64,000 nucleotides of DNA from Oculina patagonica (Eukaryota): positions 30,566,001 to 30,630,000 of the forward strand of contig NC_135769.1 of the NCBI RefSeq assembly GCF_052425735.1, given 5' to 3'. Both the position numbers and the translations under genes were made by a program. The notes under the pieces were generated by a model that saw only the letters and a list, made by a program, of their open reading frames with translations, made no database searches and was not told where the DNA came from. Positions 1-13,235 of this stretch are shown here, one piece after another. How positions within the stretch are numbered: position 1 is the first letter of the stretch; every line of letters begins with the position of its first letter.

Positions 1-1159
1 CCAGTACAAAAACAAGAAAACTTCTTTGTTAAAGAATATAACAATTACAGTTCTAATTTGACGAAAAAATACAATTTTAAGATAAAAACAAATGATCTGT
101 ATTCACCTGCACAGGGAAGTTTTGATTGATCAGCTTGAAAATCCTTTATGATTGACCCTTCATGATTCATCGATGAAGCTCGATTGAACGAGGAAAATTA
201 TTTGACTCGTTTCTCTGTCTCACTGTAAAAATAAATTGAACTGACCGTCCCGCCGAGCAATCATGATATATGGTAAATTTTCTAAGCTTTTCAGTGAAGA
301 ATTAATTCACCTGTGATCAATAGAAGCGATCGTTTGTTGAACGTCTGAAAATCGATTAAGAACAAAGTCAATGGCGTGCCTTGCTTTCACTTGATTGCAC
401 ACAAATTAAGTTATATCCTCGACTCGTCCTTTCAAGCAATCTGTTTCCAGTGCGCTTTTTTTTTGAAGCTGTGATATTAGGCTAAAATTATTTACGAAGA
501 GAAGTTGTCGGCCGCGATGAATGAATCTCTAGCAAGTCAACTCCGTCACACAACGTACATATTAAACTTACTTGAACACGAACAACATTTGTCTGTCTTG
601 GTTAAAACACAGAACTCAGTCAATTTTCATTCCAAAGCTATCATCCTGTTTTCTATATTTTTGACAGGCAACTGAAAAAATAAATGTATAAACAAATTTC
701 GAAGCAACAAGAGCGTAAACTTTGCAGCTCAACTTCAGATCAAAATAAAAGTCTTGGATGTCCACCTTCACGCTTGGCTGCCCTTAGCCAATCATAAGGC
801 AGAAATGGTGTTTTCCCGCGAACCTAACTACAACTACCAGAAGTCTTTGCGCTTTTACGTCATAATGCAAATGGTCTATTAACGACCTCGAGCCTTTGTC
901 TAAATTAACCAATCAAGAGCAAGTTTCTGTCGTACGTCACCCAGTGGCGGGAATCTGAAAAGCTTTGTTGTCAATGGGAGATTTCTGTCCAATCAGACCT
1001 CGAGTTCGTTAATTAAAACAATCCCAAGAAATCCTTCTTCCGGCCGTATCCAAGTGGCGGAAACTGCGAAAATCTTAGCGTGTTACTAGTAAAAATTAAG
1101 ATAGCCCAAGGCGGAAACTTGAACAGTTACTTAATTTATTGTTTACAATTTTACAGTAC

Positions 1160-4100
1160 CTCTAAAACAGCTTTTCCAACTGCTGATGATATGGGGTTTC
1201 CGCCATAAGTGTTGAAATGAATGGCTTGGGAGAAGCTTTGGGCAATTTCTGAGGAATACGAAACACGAAATGATTAAACAATGACTCGAAAAATCGCATC
1301 CACGAACAACCNNNNNNNNNNNNNNNNNNNNNNNNNNNNNNNNNNNNNNNNNNNNNNNNNNNNNNNNNNNNNNNNNNNNNNNNNNNNNNNNNNNNNNNNN
1401 NNNNNNNNNNNNNNNNNNNNNNNNNNNNNNNNNNNNNNNNNNNNNNNNNNNNCTGGAGTTGTTACAACAGCAGCCAGAGGGAATCCGTTTCCAATACCTT
1501 TAGCCATGGTCACTAAAAGTAATGTAACGGATAAATAAGGTTAATCACACATAAAAACACGGCGAACTGGTCACAACTCAGTTTTCTATAGTACTAGTAA
1601 TGAAGGTGTAAAAGGATGATCAAAACCATACAAGATAATAATTAAAAACATGTTATAGACCCGTTAAAAGATGTTAAAGAAGGTCCAATGAAGAAATATA
1701 AGTGTGAAAAAGCTGCAGGCCTGGATATCTACTGGTTATTCATGGCATACCGATATCCGGCTCAACGTCTTGAGTTTCAAAACCCCAGTAATGGCTCCCA
1801 AGACGACCAAATCCTGTCTGAACCTACAAACAAAAACAATAGCCTTAGTTCACGTTGATGTACAAAACGAAATTCGCAAGTTTGAGACAAACTTTTAAAA
1901 CACCTTACCTCATCTGAAATACACACGCCACCTCTCTCGCGTATCAGTTCATATGCACCCTTCAGAAATCCCTTGGGAAGGTGAACTGAGCCACCAACGC
2001 CCTAAAAGACCAAAACAGAAGGAGAAAAGGGGAAAAAATTATGGACTTTTTCGAAGAATTTCCAATCCATTTTCATCGCAACTGTTCTTACCTGAATAGG
2101 TTCAGCAATGAATCCAGCGACCTTCTTACTGGTGGAGTGAACCAAGACATCTTTAAGTTGATCAACATACATCTTGGACGCCATACACTGACCTTAAAAA
2201 AAAAAAACATGTAGATATGTTATGCAATCTTTTTCAATGGCCATGGTATTCTGAGAACACCAAGCTTCCTCGAGTGTTTACATCAGGCCGTTTTCAATTT
2301 TTTCCTACAAAATAAAGCCAACAACATGCATGCATGTATATCGTTAACATTGTGCAAGGCACAACCAATCACAACCGCACTAGATATGATATGGATTAAA
2401 TATTATAAATTGCATTAAATAATTATAATTATTTGAAAATAAAAATAACAAACAATTCTAAATTACCTGCAGGGCAGTTACATGTCCTGTCCGTCTATTG
2501 AAACAGAAAAAAGTGGATATATTGAATTAACAAAATAGCACCAGTATTAGAACTCTTAACAATCAAGACATACATCAACTGAACTAACCTGTGCTACAGA
2601 GTCACGGCAGTTAGCTCCACCCCATGGTCCTTGGTAGACATCTGGATTCATAGTCTATGCACAGAATTGTTTGAAACGTTATAGCCAAGAAGATGGAAAT
2701 TTCACAAGTTTCTCCAAGTAATGATGTTTTTTTATTACAGTAGTAACATTTTCTGATTAGCCACCCAGATAATCAGCTTTTAAGTTCTAGTGTTTTTTAA
2801 TGAAATCCACGTTTTGACTTTATGAGGTCGCTAAGAACATGAAACTTGGTAAATGTAATTGTGATAGAGTAGCATGTATCTCCATAAGTAAAGTTTTTGT
2901 ATGAAAAGTTCAGAGGTTTAAAAAATGTTGTAAATGTGTTCTAGTTACCCTTCTATTTGGCAATATACAAATGTAACTAACTTGTTGCCCTTGAAAGAAA
3001 ACAAAATGACACAAAGTAACAAATATACGTCTGAAATACAGTTTTGCTAAAACCAAAAACCTTGGAATATATACTTGATCTGTGCTTTGCCAAAATAAAT
3101 GTGCTGTAAAGTTTCCCAACAAAGACCTTGAATGTACAGCCCAAATACTTGTACCAAACAACGCTCTTTCAATCTCTTTGTGGCATGGGTAGAATTTTGA
3201 TTGAATTCAGTGTGTTTCTCAGATACATGTAGATAGTGTACTGTACATTTATTATTAATGACTATCATTTTACCTGGAAAAACCCAAATCCTAGTGGAAC
3301 ATTTAGTTTCCATGTACTGTGGGATAGAATTCCCAGGGTGCATGGGCTCGCACCATGATATCCATTTCTAAAAAAAACAAGCACTTAAGTAAAATTTGAT
3401 CTCAAGATTTAATTTTGTCTGACAACAAATTACTGTATTTACTCAAATAAGTGCTGCGGCGCTTATTAAATTTGTCGCACCTCAAGTGCGGTGCTTATTT
3501 GAGGGTGGCACTGAACAACACAAACAATGTCATCTAGACAAAACTTCTACAGTACCTAAAAGAAGGGTATTTCTCTTACCGAAGAGAGTAGTGCACCCGG
3601 GGGGGGGGGGGGGGGTACTCCCATATGTGGCCTATATAGGTATGTGCCTCCCGATAGGGTATGGTTTTTGAGGTTCTCGGTCCTTAAATAGGGTATCATT
3701 TTTGCTCCTTTTGGCAATGTGTTCCCGGTGTGATCCTTAGATAGGGTACCTAAATTCTATTAGCTAAAATAAACTCCCAGCTAAACGAAAAATTTTCTGG
3801 TCAGGTATTAGAAAAGCGATTTTATAAAGATTTGTCTTGCTGTGCGCGGTTAGCCGTTATTTGGGTCGTCACGGAACGCTTCTACTGCCCTTAAATAGGG
3901 TGTCATTTTTCGGTTTTGGGCCTTAAAAAGGGTATCAATTTTCGCTTCCTTTATCCTTAAATAGGGTCTTGGTTTAAGAACCTTGGCGGCACACCCCTAT
4001 CCAAAATTTATGCAAGTACCCCCCCCCCCCCCCGGGGTAGTGCACTTGCTGTCCCGACAAAGTTCATGGCCTTCACAACGTTAACAGAACTCAGTATTGT

Positions 4101-7100
4101 AAGAATTTTGGATAGAAAAAAATTATGGGTGAGCGGTAAAACATATTAACTTGAACTGCAAAACATTGCTTTTGATGAAAAGGAATTTCCAAGGCTGTTT
4201 CATAGTGGCTTAGTAGTGCTATTTTTCTTTGTACAGAATTCTTCGAATAAGCGCCGCATGAAGACTCCGGCACTTATTCGGGGGCAGTGCTTATTACATT
4301 TTTTTGTCCCAAATGCGGCGGTTATTTGAGGGCAGCACTTATTTGTGGGCGGTGCTTATTCGAGTAAATAAGGTAGCTCGAGAAAGGTTTGTACCGTATG
4401 CATGTATCCTTAAGTTAACAACTTTAATGGCAAGTAAATGAAATAAGACATAACTGGAAGTCATCAAACAAGCATGACTCAGTGTCCACTCGTGTGTTGG
4501 ACATCCAAACTACCTAGATATCAGCAACGTGTAAGAACATTACTTACCTAAGAGAGAGGAAATCAAAGTTTCCAGTGTGAGCTCTTGCCATCATTATGGC
4601 CATGTCATTAGCTTCTGAGCCACTGTTTACAAAGTAGCACACCTGATGAAAAAAGAAAACAAAAACAATCAGACATATTGAATTCAGTTCAAGCCAAAAA
4701 AATGGCTAATGAGATGAACTTACATGAAATGCATTGTGTCTGTATTAAAGTTAACTATTACAGTAACTTTAAAGCTAAAAGGCACAGTTTACAGTCACTT
4801 TAACAACAAAATCACAGGATTGTACAGTAATTTATAGTCTAACAAAAGATTTTAATGACACGTGCTTCAGGTCTGAAATCCAAGGTCAAATAAGGTTACA
4901 ATGTTTGTGTAGACTATGAGCGTCCCTATTTTTCGAAGAGTCTGTATTTTTTTTGCACAAATCCATTGAGCATTTGCAGAGTCCCGTTAAGTGTAAAGCG
5001 AAAAAATAAATGACTATGTGAAAATGCTCCGCCTCGTCCCCATTTTCGCGCGGTCATTTATTTTTTCGCTTTACACTTGACGGGACTCTGCGAATGCTCG
5101 ACGGACTCTGCGAAAAAAGACAGCCTCTGCAAAAAATAGGGACTACTCGTAGTCTATACAATAGTCCACAATAATAATTAAACTAATTACTGGCAATAAC
5201 TGAATATATAAACAATTAATAATTACTGATAATTTGCATGCATACTAAGCTAGTACCATGCCTAATGACTAGCTACCTATCTTCCTGATTCATTGTCATA
5301 AGCATACAGTTATCTTCCAAACATCACCAAAATGCCTATGGATACAGATCAGAAACAACATACAGATCAGAGTTATCACTTGTGATCTTGAATCATCTGA
5401 ATTTGTTCTTAAAGTTGTGTTCTTGGGCAAGACACTTTACTCTCATAAGTGCCTCTCTCCACCCAGGTGTATATAAATGGGTACTGGCAACATAATGCTG
5501 GGGGGGGGGGGGGGTACCCTGCGATGGACTAGCATCCCATTCAGGGGGAAATAGAAATATTCCGGCCTCGCTGCTTAATGCTACAGAAACCGGGATAAGC
5601 TACGGGCTGCTTGGCTGGAGGCTTCCCTTTACATGTAATAACAATTATTTTGAAGCAGCAAATAAATGATGATGATGATGATGGTACACTGGACATCATC
5701 TTGAAAATGTAAAAGTAAAAAGATAAGTTCATGATGACCTTTTGTTACACTGTAGAAGGAAAAAAATTTTTCTCTCTGCATTATTAACATGATTGTAAAT
5801 AACGTACCTTAAGCTTTCCAGGAAGTTTTGAAGCCATCAGTTCTGCATATTCATGAATGGTGGGATGGTAATAGATGTTTGTTGTATGCCACAAGTTGTT
5901 GAGCTGTTTCTTAGCAGCTTCTGTCACGTGTCTGCAAAGAGGATCAATTCCAAATATATATAATTTATATATAAATAAAAAACTCTGAAACTGTTTTCCA
6001 AACTCATTAAGGGACTGGCCATCCAGGTACTTTCTGCAACACTGATGAAATGTCACTGCAGGTATTGATGAAAAGAGTTGAGATCTTTTGGATTTAAGCT
6101 TTTTTTGTTTATTTTATTAGTAGTAAGATTACTTTCAAAAAATTATAAACATATCATTAACAGCACCACAGAACAAACTCTTATAAGTCATGTGATCAGA
6201 ACTTACGGATGACAATGTCCGACACTGACAGTCACAATACCAGCAAACAAATCCAAGTATCTTTTGCCATCACTGTCCCATAGCCATTGCATGTGACCCT
6301 AAAGTGGGGAAAAAGAAATGTAGAATGGACACAATGAAAATAAAAAAATAGATGAGTAACCAGGATGTATAATTAAAAACAAGATTAAAAACCTTCTCTG
6401 GATAGAAGGTTTGAAACTATGAGCTTTTAATTTCCAGACAAAGATTGCAAACTGGCAATCAAAAGCTCATAAATAAATTAACTTTTAACAGGATAACATT
6501 TTTTAAATTTGTTACAAATTGTGTGTAACAATTCTTAAAATTAAATTACACAGATCAGGTACATGTACAGATGTAGGTAATTTGTACAATGATGTACTGT
6601 ATATATTTTACCTTAGTTATTAAATTTTTGGACCTTTAGGGTGGGCGTTTATTCAAGCCTGGGCAGTTATTAAATTTTTACCATTTTTAGCAAGTAGTAT
6701 GTTTATCTTGAAAGAAAATAATATAAAATAACTAAACGTGAAGGTGTAAAAAAGCTGAAATTTGAATGTTCATTATAATTTAAAAGTTTCAGTAAAAAAC
6801 TAAACAAAACTCGGTCTTCGGAATAGTCTCTTCGTAGTACTTAGTCAATTTTAATCTCAACTTCAACAATAATCAAATTTCCTCTTGTGCTCTCATTTTT
6901 AGTGGGGTGGGGGTGGGCGCTTATTCGAGGAGTGCGCTTATTTGAGGTTGGGCGCTTAAGGACGTTCGCGCTAATTGTTTATGCGCATCCTTACTGCGCA
7001 CGTAATTCATGTCGCAACGTCACGCACGAGCGCGCGCGCTGAGAAAACTTTCCAAACACGTATAGGGTTGGTAGCCGTTGCGTTAACTTCGCTTGCAGTT

Positions 7101-10100
7101 TCCTCTCTTAAAGGGTCGGTGACCCCCACTTTTTTCGGGATATACCACCTTTACCGATAAATCTCTACTGATTGACAAAAAATGAGCGAATTTCCAATGT
7201 TGGAACTTTGTTATTTTTTCATTTTCTCCCCTCGCGCGCGACCAAATTAGTCACATTTTCCAGTCTCGAGTGTTCGCAAATCCAATTCTTTAAGGCAAGA
7301 TTTTCCTAAGGGACTTCAAAACCGAAATATATTATTTTGTACAATAGACCCACTAAAATAAATTCAGACAAAGAAAGTTAGCCTACATCAATTAATTTAA
7401 AATATTTTGTCGCCCGAAGCTGCTGAGGTCATATCGAGTGACGGAGGAAAATTTATCCAAATACGCGCCCTCTTTCGGTTATCGTATTTCGGAAACGAAG
7501 TCGGTGACCCCCACTTTTTTTTACATTTCTGATAAAAGTAACTAATCAACTAGCTCTGGTGAAATTTTAAGAAAAATTGCAATGTTGGAAGATTTTCGTG
7601 CGAACGTCCTTAATCGAATAAATACGGTAATTTACTTTAAATTTGAACATCAGTATCCCACTTCACGGAGTACATGTACATAATAAATTTTATCTTTATA
7701 AAAGCCATTCTGTGATCATGTAATTCTGTATTGCAGTGTGTAGCACATTCATAAAAGTTATCAACAATGCCAGAGAGGAGGTTAAAACCACAGATCAACC
7801 TCAGATCAGTTATAGTATAGTTATATGTAAGCCGTGCGACGCGAGCGGTAAACGTCACCAACGGCGGAGGCCTAGAGCGGAGGCACAACGTGAATTCTAA
7901 ATGGATGCAAGGACTGGACTTACACGAACTTTATTGAAAACATAGAAAGCTACGTACAAAACAACGATAACAAGTTTAAGATGGTAATAACAACGTACGT
8001 AATAAAGACGGTGATAAAAACGGTATAAAAACGGGAATGAGTCACATTCTGAACAACGGCACAAACAGCAATCTGCCAGAGGTCTAGCAAGCCCCTCTGG
8101 GGAGCTAAGCTCCACGGCTAACTCAAATAAACTGCACAAAACTAATTGTATTTATACCAAACTATAGCACACATTTGTCTATGTGACCGGAACTGGAAAT
8201 TAACTACATCACAATTACGTGCAAGGGGATTAATCAACGCCATTGACTAAAGTCTAACTGATAACTAAAAGTGTTGACAACAGAAAACAGAAACATGACT
8301 TGTAAACCCACACACAGGATTTACCAAAAGGAACTGGGTGTTTACCCACTTAACCACTCATACAGTAAAAGTAGCAAAATCCTACACAATATACGTGATG
8401 TAAATCCCTCAATTACGTGATCTGACCTCTAAAGTAATCTAAACAATAACGCAACAACTTTCAAGACGGTGAGAGTAAACTGATCTGCTCACGTCTGCAA
8501 CATTATGTAATAGGTCACGGATAAAAATAAAACAACAGTACAGCCGTACTGAGAAACGCACAAGAAAACTATTTCTAAAATAGCTTAGAAAATTATTTAA
8601 AAACTTCGTTTAAAAACAAGCAAAGTGACACTGTCACATATAGTTATAGTTACATACCTTGCAAATGAACAGTGGATTCTTGTAGTATGAAAACAAAGCA
8701 GGATTGAGATTGTTCTTCCTCACTTCTTTGGCATGCTCAAATGTAATCCCCTGAAATAATACCAAATAATAAAAATAAATAATTTATTACAAACAAATCA
8801 AACAACAAACAGCTATAATTTACATACAGTTAATGTATGATCTGGAATTTAAAACGCAACAACAACCTTCATCCTAGATATTACATGTACTTACTCATAG
8901 TAAGGAACAATTAAAAAGACATATTGATAGGTCTACCTGGTATGGTTCAGGTTCAAAGTCACATTTCGGCATTTCCAACCCAGGATCCAATGGAGCAGTC
9001 TTTTGTAGCAAGGGTCCTAAAATACATTACAGGCTCGATATAAGGAAACATTGCAGATTGCATTTTCAAAATACTAAAATCACTATATTTTACATGTATG
9101 TGTCTACTTGGCATGACTTGGTGATTTTTTTTTTTATTTAATACTTAATTATATAGCTGTCAGTAAATCCTATATTGTTAGCGCAGCTATTTTTCCTTAA
9201 TTTCTGAGAACTGTCCAATTTGGGATTAAATTTGGATAGTTTCAATTAGGACTTTCAGGTAAAATGCACAAACTGTCCAATTTAAGAAAAATTAGACAGT
9301 TTTGTCTCAGCCAATAATTTGGAAATAATTAGATTCAAAAAATTCCTCTGACAGCCAAATTAGACTCGGCCTATGGCCTCATGCAATTTTGGCTGCCCTC
9401 AGAATTTTTTTCATCAAGTTATTTCCAAATTGGACAGCATGTAGTCCAATTACGTATATGAATTTTTACTGATGAAAGAAGCTACATACTAGGTGTTTTT
9501 CACATTATTATGTGGTTATAAATTAGCATCGCTTGTGACCAGAAAAAATAAAACACTATGTGCACAAGGTGTAGGGATTAGGTACATGACATAAGCAATA
9601 CAAACTTGGCCTGGCCAAACAAAAACAACAGCTTCCAAGAGTTAGGGGTGTCAAATAGTAAATGCAAGACTTTGCGAGATGGCGAGGTATCTTTTCTGCA
9701 AGCCCGAGACCTTTTTAGCCTTGCAAAAGAAATCAAGACTCCGAAAAGGCGTCAAAGAAAAATTTGAGATGATGAGACCCCTGAAATTTGGCTAAAAATT
9801 TGTGAGACATGCATTTTTTTAAGGACCATTCACCACCCCTAGTAAGAGTTGAATGATACCACAAGAATTTTGTTCAACTCTTCTTGTTCCTGTTTCAACA
9901 TTCCAAGGGAATTTGAGACAACTCATGATGACAATCGACAAAAAATTGAGCAGGATTAAAATTGACATAAGTTCCCCACCCCACCCCCAAGAGTTGTTGA
10001 GATTTACTGGGCTGCTGGGTACCTGCAGGCTGTTGAAAATCTTGAACATTGATCAACAAGCTGAGCAAAGCTACCTTGGTTAGAAAAAAAGCAATAACGT

Positions 10101-10838
10101 CTTCCAAATAGTAGAATGAGCTCAGAACAACTTTATGACAAGTGAAAACAAAACTAGCCAGGTCAGTTCTATGACAAGTTAATTGCACCACAATACCAGT
10201 CAGCATAAGCTTAATTGAATTTTATGTAATCAAATTTTATGTAATAAGATTTAATGTTATTTATTTCTTGGAAAAAGAGTCGGGTGTGAAGTAATTTAAT
10301 GATTTTTAGTTATTAAATTGCACGATTCAATATGTACCCACTATCACGGCGAGAAAGATCTGGGAAAGATTACCATATAGCCCTTTATTATGAAAGGGGG
10401 GTTTTTTTTTTTTTTTTTTTTTTTTTTTCCCATACATGTCAGTTTCTTTCAGCTTATCCTTTGACACGCAGTCATGAATAGGGACTCGCAATTGTATACA
10501 ACAAAGTATGGGGTTATGTACGGAAATCTTGCCGTAAATTACATGTACTTTGATATAAAATAATTCTCAATTACCACTTCCGCAGTACCGGATCTTTCTC
10601 AGTACCTAAAAGTCACTGTCTCGACCGAACTGAGAAGTCCCTGCAGGGAACTGCGCAATCCACACGACCGCCTGGATAATTATGCAGAGATCAAAATAAA
10701 CCTCGCTTAGCAGTTGATCGACAATCTCAATCAGAGAAACATACCTGAAGAAGCTGTGAAACTTCTTCGCACATACTGAAGCCCTAGCAGAGAAGCACGG
10801 GGCCGGATTTGGTTCAAAACTGCGCTCTTCGAAAACAT
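1160..10838 (-). CDS. AGXT2: Alanine--glyoxylate aminotransferase 2, mitochondrial (class-III PLP aminotransferase); 14 exons in window, 3' exons beyond position 1
   Basis: Spliced GT-AG exons: 10745-10838 ([27 protein letters not shown], Arg/Ser-rich mitochondrial presequence), 8937-9016, 8658-8750, 6207-6298 ([31 protein letters not shown]), 5808-5931, 4548-4642 ([13 protein letters not shown]), 3274-3367 (NGYHGAS), 2589-2654 ([17 protein letters not shown]), 2467-2494, 2092-2192 (FIAEPIQ), 1909-2001 (GVGG...ISDE), 1751-1823 ([15 protein letters not shown]), 1453-1512 ([19 protein letters not shown], containing the PLP lysine), 1160-1248 (HFNTYGGNP). Motifs are diagnostic of AGXT2 and phases are compatible. 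Confidence 0.95.
1312..1452. other. Assembly gap (141 N) within an AGXT2 intron
   Basis: Run of N. It begins immediately after the last base of exon 1453-1512 on the minus strand, so the donor site is hidden. Confidence 0.99.
3433..4373. mobile_element. Non-autonomous TA-flanked TIR element (CCGTA-type ends, Tc1/mariner-pogo-like) carrying a nested insertion
   Basis: Left end TA|CTGTATTTACTCAAATAAG, right end CTTATTCGAGTAAATAAGG|TA. Subterminal GCGCTTATT repeats at both ends. Confidence 0.7.
3596..4036. mobile_element. MITE with CCCGGG(G)nTACT termini and 8-bp TSD, nested in the element above
   Basis: TIR CCCGG(G)nGTACT ... AGTAC(C)nGGG. Perfect direct repeat GTAGTGCA at 3588-3595 and 4037-4044. 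Internal CCTTAAATAGGG repeats. Confidence 0.85.
4909..5156. mobile_element. MITE with TAGACT...AGTCTA termini and an internal inverted repeat
   Basis: TAGACTATGAG-CGTCCCTATTTTT pairs with AAAAATAGGGACTACTCGTAGTCTA. Internal arms GAGTCCCGTTAAGTGTAAAGCGAAAAAATAAATGAC / GTCATTTATTTTTTCGCTTTACACTTGACGGGACTC. Confidence 0.7.
5414..5605 (+). mobile_element. 5'-truncated SINE copy (same family as 30030-30300 and 60960-61200)
   Basis: GTTGTGTTCTTGGGCAAGACACTTTACTCTCA...GCCTCTCTCCACCCAGGTGTAT..AAATGGGTAC matches the reverse complement of 61050-61125. Confidence 0.75.
6960..7609. mobile_element. TTAA-flanked non-autonomous DNA transposon (Kolobok/piggyBac-like), inserted in the right end of a CCGTA-type element ending at ~7628
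   Basis: TTAA|GGACGTTCGCGC ... GTGCGAACGTCC|TTAA (TSD 6956-6959 and 7610-7613). Removing it rejoins GGGCGC-TTAATCGAATAAATACGGTA. Confidence 0.8.
7826..8638 (-). mobile_element. Probable solo LTR (~813 bp)
   Basis: Bounded by TG(TAA)...(TCA)CA with a 4-bp direct repeat TATA on both sides (7822-7825, 8639-8642). Minus-strand AATAAA about 110 bp from the minus-strand 3' end. No coding ORF. Confidence 0.6.
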
Positions 10839-11727
10839 GGCTCACACAAGAAACTGTCCCAGGAGAAAAGGACTGGAAATTCACTGCATGTAATTTGCAT
10901 GGAATGTCCACCCCAGAAGTACGTATGTGAACCAAGTCACAAGCGAGCGGGGCAGGCGGGGCAGGGGAGCGGGGTCTTTTAGAAACATCTTTAATAACAG
11001 ATTACACACCGAAATTCTACACAGATAACACTGACCATATTACAGTGGGGACTGAAGATTTCAAAAAAAAAAAAATCACAAAAGTACGGGGGATGGGGTG
11101 GGGCGAGTGGATCACCTAGGTTGAGCATTGAATAAAAATTTATGAGCAGCGCGCTTTCCGTCTCCTTATATCGCCCCAGTTACCCTGGCTGCCAGAGGGT
11201 TTTTTCTTTTTTGCAGGAGGAAATAATTATGTCTTCTGCGAAATGTCAACTCATTTAGCGCAAAATGCAATGAATTGTCTTAAAATGGTCCAGATAGCAT
11301 ATTTGCATGCCACTGTAGAATGTTTGTTCCTGAAAGAGTGGGGGATGGGGGGAGGGTGGTGGCTTTGTCGTCATGGGACAGAGCAGAGCGTACCATTGCA
11401 ACCACTTGAGAGTGACGTCGGGGCGGCTTGGTGACGGCGTCAGAGACCTTTCACCGTATGACTTGCCTCTGATTAGCCGCTGGCAGCTAAGAAGGGGTGG
11501 GGTGGTGTTGTCTCAAACCTGACCGCTGGGGCATTAAAATAACGACCTCAAAGAACAACGGGATGACATACATGTAGCAGAAGCTCGTGCCCAAATTCCC
11601 CTCCTCCCTTCCTTTTCTTGAAAACAATCACATATCGCCCGATAGAAGAAATAGAGCATGCATCAGAGACACCTGTTTCTCGCGCTGTTTGAAAAGCAAC
11701 AACTTAAAAAAAGGGTCACCACCAAAA

Positions 11728-12077
11728 AAGTCCTGACCAAACGGCAACGCAAGTAGACGCAAGTTGAAAACTTGCGTCTACTTGCCTCTCCGTTTGGCCA
11801 GGACTTGCGTGCGCTTGCGTACACTTGTGTTGACTTGCGTTCAATTTGATCGAGATCAAATTTGCACTTTAGTTCACGCAATTTGTTCACCATTTGGCCA
11901 CCCAACGCAAGTCAATGCATTTTTTTGCAGCTTACTTCAAATTGTGAATTGTTAAATGACTGTTTGCAAACTTGAATGCACTTGCGACTAAACTTGCGTG
12001 TCCGTTTGGCCACCCAACGCAAGTTCGTGCGCAAGTTGAACTTGCGTCCACTTGCGTTTCCGTTTGGCCAGGGCTTA
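11728..12077. mobile_element. MITE (Harbinger-like) with internal ACTTGCGT / ACGCAAGT repeats
   Basis: AAGTCCTGACCAAACGG ... CCGTTTGGCCAGGGCTT terminal inverted repeats. Multiple ACTTGCGT units in both orientations. Confidence 0.7.
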
Positions 12078-12102
12078 ACGGATTACACAAGTCATTACTT
12101 AT

Positions 12103-12258
12103 ATGGGCGCCTTCCATTTGTCAGAACTGGCTGGCCAGACCGGTATATTCGAGAACAGAATTCCGTTGTTAATCAGATTTGTCCTGTGAAAATAGTCAAG
12201 ACCAAGACACCAGACCAGCCGGCCACTTCTGAAAAATAGTACAAATGGATAGCGCCCA
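12103..12258. mobile_element. Short MITE
   Basis: TATGGGCGCCTTCCATTTGT ... ACAAATGGATAGCGCCCATA inverted termini. Confidence 0.6.
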
Positions 12259-13235
12259 TAGTTAACTACAAGCTAGCGTTTCTGTGAACCAAAACAAATT
12301 GATTTGTAAACTGTCAGTTTAACTTTTATTTGATCCAAAATTTCACTCTTGTATTAAAGTTACAGTCGGCTTGTACCTTCTCCATCTTCTGTATCTACAC
12401 GTCACAATAGTTGCACTGATATTATTAGCAATAGACCTGGTGCAAAAAAAAATGCTACGGCGTATGAATTACGTAACCTTTGCCAAGTTAGCTAACTATT
12501 TCATTATTTACTTCGAGTTCGTTAGTTAGTTATTTGGAACGGAAGGACTCGTCAAAATGACAGAACCTTCCCTTTCTCCAAAATGCAACTTCGTATTTTC
12601 TCTTTGTTACATAACTAGGCTACGAAAAGGCTTCATTTTTCTCAGGGGAAGTGAGCGAGCACGCGACCATGAAAGAAAATCGCTCGGACGAAGAGACGAG
12701 ACGCGCGCGCGAAATGATTTTCTCGCGCGCACGCACACTAGACGGACGCTGAAGAAAATGACGCCTTACTGTAGTCTAACCCACAACAGATAGATATAAT
12801 TTATCACACTTCGGACTTATGTATATCAAATATAATAATAAAAAAACGTTCAGCTGTACAAATGATGAGCACACTATATGATTCTTGCAAATAGATAGCT
12901 TAATATCTACACTTATCGCTTAAATACGGGCATAAATTTCGCATCGCGCTTTGAACACATGTAAAAATACCAAAACTAGTCACTTAGATAGGAGTTATAC
13001 ATATATATCTTTTTGAGAAATCAGCATTTTTCTCCTCTGAATTTAAGCTGAAAATGAGTTAGTCTACACAAATTGCAAGGGCCTACACGAGTCGATAGTT
13101 TATTTTTTACAAAACTATAAAAGCCGCAGTTCTTCCCGCACCACTGTGACGTCACGCGACCATGGCCTGGCACCAATACTGCGTGACATAACCAGCGTGA
13201 CATCAGAACGACGTGACTTGTCTAGTCAGCTGCTG

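Noticed and set aside
1-1159. Further AGXT2 exons or another gene
   Set aside because: No convincing AGXT2 C-terminal peptide with splice sites found; treated as intron, possibly containing an unclassified repeat.
11728-12077. Short interspersed repeats (ACTTGCGT; also 39590-40008 and 49341-49968) as CRISPR-like arrays
   Set aside because: Eukaryotic context, irregular spacing, both orientations and enclosing TIRs identify them as MITE subterminal repeats.
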